DNA of 64,000 nucleotides from Armatimonadota bacterium (GTDB lineage Bacteria; Armatimonadota; UBA5829; DSUL01): NCBI GenBank assembly GCA_039811685.1, contig JBDHZC010000005.1, positions 64,001 to 128,000 of the forward strand, read 5' to 3'. Shown piece by piece: positions 56,789 to 64,000 of this stretch (position 1 is its first letter; each line of letters starts with the position of its first letter). The notes under the pieces were generated by a model. It saw only the letters and a program-made list of their open reading frames with translations, ran no database searches and was not told where the DNA came from. The position numbers and the translations under genes were made by a program.

Positions 56789-57892
56789 ATGACATTTCGG
56801 GAACGGACCCTGCGCACATTCCAGCACAAACCCGTTGACTGTATTGTTTACCAGCCCCGTATTGAGCACTGGTACAACTACAACAAAGCGCGGAACACAT
56901 TGCCGGAGCGCTACCGCGACATGGACCTGCTCGAAGTTTACGACGACCTCAATTGCTCCATCCGCCCCTATCACTACTACAGCCAGTGCCGTGCCAGGGA
57001 AAATCCACCTGACCTCGACATCGAAGTCCAAAGGGACGCAGACATCGAAACCGTCCTGCAGCACACGCCTGTCGGAACTCTGAAGTCTGTTATCAAGCAC
57101 ACAGATCTCGCGCAGCATCAGATTGAGAACCCCATCAAAACTCATAAGGACGTGGACGTGATGGAGTACATCCTGCGCAACAGCAAAATCTGGTTTGATA
57201 TGGAGAAGTTCAAAGAAATCGACGAGATGGTCGGCGATCGGGCTGCACCGATGGTCTTTTATGAACGGGTGAACATGCAGCGGATTTTGCTGGATTACGT
57301 GGGATGGCAGGAAACGGTCTATCTACTGGCTGACGACAGAGAGCTGATCGAACGGCTGGTCAAAATCATCGACGAGACGGACGAAGGGACGATGGAGGCG
57401 CTCCTCAACTCGCCAATCCCCATCATCAACTTTGGAGACAACCTCGACGAGTACTTGCTCTCACCCAGACTCTTCGAGGAGTTCGTCCTGCCTGTCTATC
57501 AGGATCGCGGGGAGCGCTTCCGAAAAGCCGGCCAGTTCACACAGTCGCACTTTGACGGAAACGTGAAGCATCTGCTGAAGTACTGCCAGCGCTGCGGGAT
57601 AGACGGCTTTGAAGCGCTGACTCCAAAGCCGCAGGGCGATCTGACGATTGACGAGATGAAGGAAGCGCTGGGAGACAATCTGATTTTGCTGGATGGCATT
57701 CCGATGACCGCCTTTCTGCCTTCGACGCCGGAAGAGGAGTTTGAGCGCGTAACACGCGAGATCATAGAGACTTTCTCGCCGAACCTCGTCCTAGGCATCT
57801 CCGACGAGCCCTCGCCTGTCTGTGATATCGAGCGCGTGCGAAGGGTGGGAGAGATTCTGCGGGAGTACGAGACGTCGGTGACGGCGCAGTGA
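56789..57892 (+). CDS. Uroporphyrinogen decarboxylase / cobalamin methyltransferase-like protein
   Basis: MTFRERTL start, LLSPRLFEEFVLPVY and SHFDGN. Confidence 0.75.
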   Translation: MTFRERTLRTFQHKPVDCIVYQPRIEHWYNYNKARNTLPERYRDMDLLEVYDDLNCSIRPYHYYSQCRARENPPDLDIEVQRDADIETVLQHTPVGTLKSVIKHTDLAQHQIENPIKTHKDVDVMEYILRNSKIWFDMEKFKEIDEMVGDRAAPMVFYERVNMQRILLDYVGWQETVYLLADDRELIERLVKIIDETDEGTMEALLNSPIPIINFGDNLDEYLLSPRLFEEFVLPVYQDRGERFRKAGQFTQSHFDGNVKHLLKYCQRCGIDGFEALTPKPQGDLTIDEMKEALGDNLILLDGIPMTAFLPSTPEEEFERVTREIIETFSPNLVLGISDEPSPVCDIERVRRVGEILREYETSVTAQ

Positions 57893-57932
57893 AACTAAGT
57901 ATTGCCGCTCGTCTGTAAGGGTAACACACTTC

Positions 57933-57973
57933 AAAAACAGCGGCCTGCCCTGAACAAGGACAGGCCGCTGTTT
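57933..57973. terminator. Probable bidirectional intrinsic terminator
   Basis: AAAAACAGCGGCCTG...CAGGCCGCTGTTT between convergent genes. Confidence 0.75.
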
Positions 57974-58001
57974 GCATCTCTACGATTGTCCGTGCGTCAG
58001 T

Positions 58002-59282
58002 TCAACTTGTGACCTTGAGCGTCTCAGGATTGAAGTTCATGGTCTTATTCTGCTTCCAGCTCGCTTCCGCCAGCGTCACAATCGTCTGAACGCGCGCGGC
58101 CAGCTCGATGTCACAGTTGGGAGTGTCGCCAGTGCGAATGCAGTGGAACCAGTTGCGCTCATGCTCCGCTATATCTTCGCCGGGGCCAATCACCGGAACG
58201 TCTTCCTGCTCGACCTCATCGGAAGCCCAGCGCTCCGGACGAATCTCGACTTTGTCACCACCGAAGTAAATGGTGGCCTTGTGCCCTCGAATCATGTCCT
58301 GAAGTCCCTGCTCGTTAGCGGTCGATCCGGCGATGACCATCTGGGAGCCGTTGGGGAACTTCACCATCATCTGCGTCGTGTCAGCTACGTCGCGGTCTGG
58401 GTGCGCGATAATGGAGCCAATGCAACTGACCTGAACCGGATAAGCCAGTCCCGTAGCTATCATCAGCGGGTGCAGGCGGTGCGGGAAAAGGTCGGAGAGA
58501 ATTCCAGCTGAGAAGAGCTGATACTTGCGCCAGCGGAAGTAGTACTCCGGGTTCCAATCCACCTTGCCCACAGGCTTGGTCCACGTAATCCAGTCCAGTG
58601 TCTTACCCGGAACCGCGTCCGGATCGATGCCGTACTCCCATTCGCCTTCTTTGGAGTTGCGGCAATAGCTGCCCTGGCTCCAGACAATCTTACCGATTTT
58701 TCCAGCCTTGACCTGTTCTCCAGCCGTGCGCCACTTGGCGTCACTGCAACCCTGCGATCCAACCTGAAACGCAACTTTATTGCGCTTGACAGCCGCTTGA
58801 AGCTGATGAATCTCATCCAGATGGCGGCACATTGGTTTTTCGCAGTAGACGTGCTTGCCCGCATCCATAGCGTCTATCGCGATCTTTGCGTGCCAGTGCT
58901 CCGGCGTGGCAATGACAACAGCATCTACATCCTTGTCTTCAAGCAGCTTGCGGTAGTCGGCGTATGCCTTGTCTGAACCAACGCCTATGGCGCTGGCGGA
59001 GCTGTTCCGCCGTTTGTCCCACACATCGCACACAGCAACCGATTTCACATTCTGATCTGCCGGCTGCCCCTTGACAAAGTTGATGTGCGCGCCGCCCTGG
59101 CCGCCCACACCGATGTGACCGATGTTGATCCGGTCGTTGGCGCCGATTACTCTGGCTGAGCTGGCCGCAAACGCGCGGTTGGACGTCAGCCCGCCTACCA
59201 TCACCCCGGCCGCTCCAATGCCCGCAACTTTGAGAAAGTCCCGGCGCGACAGATTGTTCAGGTCTTTTGCTTTCTTTTCCAA
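58002..59282 (-). CDS. Tat-exported Gfo/Idh/MocA oxidoreductase
   Basis: SRRDFLK, IGVGGQG, ATPEHWH and HVYCEKP. Confidence 0.92.
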   Translation of the reverse strand: MEKKAKDLNNLSRRDFLKVAGIGAAGVMVGGLTSNRAFAASSARVIGANDRINIGHIGVGGQGGAHINFVKGQPADQNVKSVAVCDVWDKRRNSSASAIGVGSDKAYADYRKLLEDKDVDAVVIATPEHWHAKIAIDAMDAGKHVYCEKPMCRHLDEIHQLQAAVKRNKVAFQVGSQGCSDAKWRTAGEQVKAGKIGKIVWSQGSYCRNSKEGEWEYGIDPDAVPGKTLDWITWTKPVGKVDWNPEYYFRWRKYQLFSAGILSDLFPHRLHPLMIATGLAYPVQVSCIGSIIAHPDRDVADTTQMMVKFPNGSQMVIAGSTANEQGLQDMIRGHKATIYFGGDKVEIRPERWASDEVEQEDVPVIGPGEDIAEHERNWFHCIRTGDTPNCDIELAARVQTIVTLAEASWKQNKTMNFNPETLKVTS

Positions 59283-59410
59283 TAGAGTTCCCTTCGCGAA
59301 TTGTGAGACAGACCGCCCTGCAAATGGCGAAGCTGTCCTGCTTCTTTTAACATTGATTACGGCGAGGCTTCAGCAGTCTCCAGCTTCACCGGTAACACCG
59401 TCTGGCGCCC

Positions 59411-60673
59411 TCAGGCCAGATCAAACCATTCCTTCTGGTAGGATATCTCGCTGCCGTTTACCAGAGCCTCATTAGCTTTAACAGCCGTCACCGTAGCAAT
59501 GTATCCCGCTATTGCGTCCGCAAGCGGCTTCGACCCATCCCGCACACTGTTGCAGAACGCTTCCATGGCGAAATAGAGCGGGTCTTTGCCGGGTTCAACA
59601 CCACCCTGCGTTGCCGGATCTCCACCAGCCGCCAGAATTTTGGTGGCATCGGCTACCAGCGCAATGCCCGTCTCGTCCATGATCTTGTCCTTACGCGCAT
59701 AGACTTCCCAGCCCAGCATCGCAGAGTCCGCTTCCTTGAACATCCAGGCGCGCTGCCCGTGAATCGCCACCGCAGACTCCGAACCGCAAACCTCCTCATA
59801 CGCCGCGTCGAACGAGTTGACGAGCGTCACGTCGTACAGATAGTTGAAGCCCGCAGGATACTCAAAGACCGCCTGCGCCGTGTCAGCGACATCCCGGCCG
59901 TCATTCCACTTTCGGATCCCTCCAAAGGCGCGAATGGTTTTTGGAGGTGTATCGAAGTACCAGTTCATAACATCGGCCTGGTGGATGCCGATTTCCCCGA
60001 GAAGTCCGCTGCTGGTCGCCTTCTGCAGACGCCAGTTCAGTTGCGCTTCACGCTCGTTCGTCGGCGCCATCCGGCGCCAGCTCTGCTTCTTGTGCCACTG
60101 CGCCCGCGACAGAGCTATCGTTCCAGGCACGCCAGTGCGCATAAACTGAAGCACGTGTTTGTGAATAGGGTTGGATCGCAGAGTGAGTCCGGTCTGGAAT
60201 ATCTTGCTCGAACCCTTACCGGCCTGGGCAATAGCCTTTGCTTCGGCCAGGTCACTGGAGAGTGGCGCTTCGCAGTAAACGTGCTTCCCAGCCGCAACAG
60301 CAGCCAGAGTAATCTCTTTGTGCTGAAGCGTAGGAGTTGCGACGAGCACTGCTTCGAGTCCCGGTTGCTCGAGCAGCTTTCGGTAGTCTGTAAACGCACT
60401 CGCTTTCGGTGCTATTTCAAGCGCTTTCTTGTGAGCGGGCTCGTAGGTGTCGCAGACGGCGACAACAGACGCGTTTGGAACCTTGGAAAGCGCCGTTAGC
60501 AGATTGCGCCCCTGCTCTCCGAGGCCGATGACCCCCAACGCAACTGCGGGGCCTGTGGCAGGTGTGCCCTCTGCCTCCGCCGCGAACAGCTCCTGACCCA
60601 TCAGCCACAATCCGGCGGTAGCCGCACCGGCGCCGATCAGAAAATCGCGGCGAGAAATTGAATCTTTACTCAA
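59411..60673 (-). CDS. Tat-exported Gfo/Idh/MocA oxidoreductase
   Basis: AGGAGG RBS before TTG 60673; SRRDFL, IGLGEQG and HVYCEAP. Confidence 0.9.
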   Translation of the reverse strand: MSKDSISRRDFLIGAGAATAGLWLMGQELFAAEAEGTPATGPAVALGVIGLGEQGRNLLTALSKVPNASVVAVCDTYEPAHKKALEIAPKASAFTDYRKLLEQPGLEAVLVATPTLQHKEITLAAVAAGKHVYCEAPLSSDLAEAKAIAQAGKGSSKIFQTGLTLRSNPIHKHVLQFMRTGVPGTIALSRAQWHKKQSWRRMAPTNEREAQLNWRLQKATSSGLLGEIGIHQADVMNWYFDTPPKTIRAFGGIRKWNDGRDVADTAQAVFEYPAGFNYLYDVTLVNSFDAAYEEVCGSESAVAIHGQRAWMFKEADSAMLGWEVYARKDKIMDETGIALVADATKILAAGGDPATQGGVEPGKDPLYFAMEAFCNSVRDGSKPLADAIAGYIATVTAVKANEALVNGSEISYQKEWFDLA

Positions 60674-61143
60674 ATGATGACCTCCTGTGGCCCGCTCTGT
60701 TCCCAAGTATAGGCGTGGGGAAATCCGCGTTTCCCACTGCAAGGCCCGCGAGTTGTTCTGTCAGACGAGTGTTGTCCCCAGACGCCCCATGCCTATTCGC
60801 CAGCCAACATCGGGAATCCCTGCCGCAGAGTATCAGTGTTGCCACAGATGCGACAGAAAGAGTCCGAGACACTCTTCGAGTCAACAAACGCGACCTGGAA
60901 TCTCAGACCACTACTGCGCAGACCAGACGCAATTCCATTACAGTATACTTCAAGACTATCACTTTTTGATCCCTGCTTGTTCGCGAGAAAATTCACTTTT
61001 GGGAAGAACGGACGTGTTTGAAGTCGCATCTCAAAGTGAGTCTGTTTTGGTTGGTATGTGGAAATGCGGCGCAATATGGAAAGATTACTCGTACAATTGC
61101 GGATTTTTAGCAACGGCGCCTGACGCCAGTCAGTTGACACCCG

Positions 61144-62892
61144 ATGTCACACAACCTGCGACCAAACAGCAGCAACGACCAGACAGCCGCCGGACGACCG
61201 CCGTCCGCAGCGCCTCTTCGGTTCATAGAGAGCTACTATCCAGCCGTTAGACTCGCCGTCAGAGTCTCGGACGCGGCCGTCTTTGCCGCCGAGCCCATTG
61301 CGCGGGCTATCTTTCAGACTGCGGCCGCTCACGCTGAGTTGCGCAATGTGTGCGCTCAAATGCACGCGGCGATTTTGGAAGCCACCGGCGCCCAGTTTCC
61401 AGGCATAGAACCAGACCAGCCTGTTGCCCCAGACGCTATCTCTTCCAACGTGCGCGCCATGGTGCAAAACGGCATCACGCGCATAGCCTCAGACCTGTTG
61501 GCGCACCGAAGCTGCCTGAGACTCGCAAACCACAGCGCGCCTTCGGACACACCCGCAGAGGCGCTGGCACTGCGCCAGATGGCGGATCATTCTCTCCTGC
61601 GGGGGATGCGCGCAGAAGCGCAGCAGCGCAGCGAGTTTTTCCTGGAAGGGATTGACACTCTGAGGCGTTATCTGGACTACTCCTGCGCTCAAGTGGACGC
61701 CTCAGCGTGGTTTGACATGGGTTGGATGCTGTGGCGCACCGGAGGAGGTCCGGCGGAAGCTGAGAGCGCAATTCGTTTGGCCGCAGAGTTGACAACAGAC
61801 GATCCGGCCGGACTGTATCTGCTTTGTCTCAAACATCTGATACATTTCTACTGCGAACGCGGATCCATGGATGATGCGCAGGCCGCGGCAAACATCGCCG
61901 TTCAGATATCTCCGACCTACGACGTGCTCTATGAGGCTTCGAGGTGCGCGGCTCTGGCGGGCGATGAGCACAAAGCCATCGATCTGCTGGAGCGCTGCAT
62001 CGAGCTGGTCCCGCTTACCTACGTTTGCGTGCTTTCTGACAAGGATTTCTCAGAGGTCGGCGCAGCGATACGCGCACTCACACAACAGCTTTCGCAGACG
62101 GCCCAGGAGACAGCTCGCGAGAAGCTGGCCGGTTGGAAGGATGCCCTCGAGCGATGCGCCGCAGTCGAAGCGAACTGTCAGTTTGATATCAAGCTGCCTG
62201 CGCAGCTTAAGCAGAACCCGGACATTCTCTTGACGGACATTGAAGATACGGACTTCTTCAGTTGTCTGGAGATTGCCAGACACGCCGCAACCAGCCGATC
62301 CAAAGTTTTTGTTTTCGCCTGTCAGGCGCTCGAAGAGGAGACGACAGCGCGCTCAGAGGCCCTGCGCACGGTCGTTCAGCGCATTACAGAGACGCGCAAG
62401 CGAGCCGAGGAAGCCAAGGCGGCCGCACGCGCGCAGATGAATGCTGCCATTCAGGAAGCTGCCAAAGAGCGCGATTCGCGCCCCCGCCTGACTGTCTCGT
62501 GGAGCTTCGGTCTCGCGCTGGCGGCTACATTTATCGGCGGCGCGGTGACAGGCAGTGTGGAAAGTGGGCTGGCGCTGTTTCTACCGGCGCTGGTGGCCTC
62601 AGTCTCGTTCACCTACCTGCTCAACTCCAGCTCCGCCAGCCTCGCCTACACAAGCCGGGCAAACGCCTGCCGGCGTGAAAACTCGATAGCTATCGGGCAG
62701 ATTGAAAACGAGCTTCAGAAGTCTTTGCGATCGCTGGAGCAAAGCGCAGCTCACCTGCGCGATCTGAAAGTGCAGGCGGCTCAGGAGATTGCCGCCCTAA
62801 GATCGGCTGAAGCTGCGGCTCAAGAAACTCAGGAGCAGGCGCCCATGACAGCGACAACCCCTGAGTCTCAGAACGAACGAAAAGCGGCCTGA
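61144..62892 (+). CDS. TPR-like, coiled-coil, two-TM hypothetical protein
   Basis: TPR-like helices (YEASRCAALAGDEHKAIDLLERCIEL), coiled-coil region, C-terminal hydrophobic hairpin. Confidence 0.65.
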   Translation: MSHNLRPNSSNDQTAAGRPPSAAPLRFIESYYPAVRLAVRVSDAAVFAAEPIARAIFQTAAAHAELRNVCAQMHAAILEATGAQFPGIEPDQPVAPDAISSNVRAMVQNGITRIASDLLAHRSCLRLANHSAPSDTPAEALALRQMADHSLLRGMRAEAQQRSEFFLEGIDTLRRYLDYSCAQVDASAWFDMGWMLWRTGGGPAEAESAIRLAAELTTDDPAGLYLLCLKHLIHFYCERGSMDDAQAAANIAVQISPTYDVLYEASRCAALAGDEHKAIDLLERCIELVPLTYVCVLSDKDFSEVGAAIRALTQQLSQTAQETAREKLAGWKDALERCAAVEANCQFDIKLPAQLKQNPDILLTDIEDTDFFSCLEIARHAATSRSKVFVFACQALEEETTARSEALRTVVQRITETRKRAEEAKAAARAQMNAAIQEAAKERDSRPRLTVSWSFGLALAATFIGGAVTGSVESGLALFLPALVASVSFTYLLNSSSASLAYTSRANACRRENSIAIGQIENELQKSLRSLEQSAAHLRDLKVQAAQEIAALRSAEAAAQETQEQAPMTATTPESQNERKAA

Positions 62893-62910
62893 TCCGGCAG
62901 GCCGGGCTCT

Positions 62911-64000
62911 TTAGTAGTCAACCTCCACCCATTGTCCGGATTTCGACGAGCGCAGCACCGCCTCGACGATCGCGATCTCATTGTGTCCGTCCACAAAAGT
63001 CGGAAACGGTGGCTGTGCGCTCTGCGGGTTCTGATTCTCCGCAACAAAGGTGTAGAACGCGCGCATAAAGTTCTTCAGCCCGTCTGGATACCCTTCAGGG
63101 TGTCCGCCCGGATAGCTGACGTTTGCGCGCGCCTGCGGGCTCAAGAGAGACGGGTCGCGCATCAACACGCGGTTGGGCTCGGCGCGGCTTCCAATCCACA
63201 GGCGCTCTGGATCCTCCTGGTCGAAGGCGATCGCCTGGTTTTCACAGTCAATCTCGTAGTAGAGCCGGTTCTTTCGTCCCGCAGCCACCTGACACACCGT
63301 GAACGTTCCCCGCGTTCCCTGATCCATCTCAAAAAGCACAGTCCCATAGTCCTCGGTGGTCACAGGCACAGGCTCGTAGTCCTCAGGCGTCATCTCCTTG
63401 CCGGAGTAGGTCTCAATCGCCTTTTTCGGCTTCATGCGGGTTTTGTGAATAACGGCCAGATCCGCATACACGCGCGTGATTTTCTGGCCGGTGATGAACA
63501 TGATCAAATCGCACCAGTGGCTGCCCACGTCGGCAACGGCGCGCGACTCTCCGCCAGCCTCCGGTTCAATGCGCCAGTTGTAGTCCGTTTTCAACAGCAG
63601 CCAGTCCTGCAGATAGGAACCGGTTATGACCAGAGGCTTGCCAGCTTCTCCGGACTGCACCCGCTGCCTCGCTTCCTGATTGAGCGGGTAGAACCTGTAG
63701 TTGAAGTCCACTGCGTTGATTTTTCCGGTGTCCCGCGCAAGCTGAACCAGCTCCTTGGACTCCCGGCTGTTCATGGCCAGGGGTTTTTCGCTGAAGACAT
63801 GTTTGCCTGCCTTCAAAGCCTCTACCGCCAGCGGGTAGTGCAGTGTGTTGGGCGTGCAGAGATGGACAACTTCGATGGAAGGATCTGCCAGTATATCCCG
63901 GTAGTCGCCGTACGCCTTGTCAATAAAAAGTTGTCTGGATTTTGCTTCTGCCGTCGCCTGGTCAGCCTCGGCCAGAGCCGCTACGTCAACGAATCCCAGC
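62911..64000 (-). CDS. Gfo/Idh/MocA oxidoreductase (5' truncated by window edge)
   Basis: HVFSEKPL and DVGSHWCD; frame appears open to the window end (includes CTPNTLH). Confidence 0.9.
   Translation of the reverse strand, partial: LGFVDVAALAEADQATAEAKSRQLFIDKAYGDYRDILADPSIEVVHLCTPNTLHYPLAVEALKAGKHVFSEKPLAMNSRESKELVQLARDTGKINAVDFNYRFYPLNQEARQRVQSGEAGKPLVITGSYLQDWLLLKTDYNWRIEPEAGGESRAVADVGSHWCDLIMFITGQKITRVYADLAVIHKTRMKPKKAIETYSGKEMTPEDYEPVPVTTEDYGTVLFEMDQGTRGTFTVCQVAAGRKNRLYYEIDCENQAIAFDQEDPERLWIGSRAEPNRVLMRDPSLLSPQARANVSYPGGHPEGYPDGLKNFMRAFYTFVAENQNPQSAQPPFPTFVDGHNEIAIVEAVLRSSKSGQWVEVDY

Noticed and set aside
60700..61143. Riboswitch or ncRNA in the ~450-bp divergent intergenic region
   Set aside because: No recognisable aptamer consensus or clear terminator; divergent promoters could account for it

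Overview
A GC-rich bacterial chromosomal segment, probably Armatimonadota. This is an inference from Terrabacteria-type trpS/aroF/rex occurring together with kdsB/hld LPS-core genes, PEP-CTERM proteins and a prepilin-type H-X9-DG protein. Most of the window is housekeeping or envelope genes: lysA end, M50 protease, trpS, aroF, pnp-rpsO, rex plus a heme-motif histidine kinase, a 12-gene glycan-modification cluster, hldA/hldC/kdsB, a phosphohexomutase, serS, pepA, an ABC exporter with DUF1854, ruvA and Tat-exported Gfo/Idh/MocA oxidoreductases. The main anomaly is an ~11 kb co-oriented cassette array at 6769-17772. It holds eight exported or lipoprotein genes (3 HEAT-repeat, 4 members of one unknown family, 1 beta-propeller) separated by seven copies of a non-coding, three-hairpin repeat of 103 bp (one copy 5'-truncated) that shows compensatory base changes. 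Similarity between copies ends at the same base (GAGATGT). Each repeat is followed by what looks like a truncated 3' end of another gene and then a complete gene, one of them with an internal stop. This fits an integron-like but non-attC system for collecting orphan immunity-type genes; no recombinase is present in the window. A second unannotated signal is a consensus sigma54 promoter driving a candidate ~80-nt sRNA with an anti-Shine-Dalgarno loop (35004-35112, minus strand). All calls come from reading the sequence; no searches were run.
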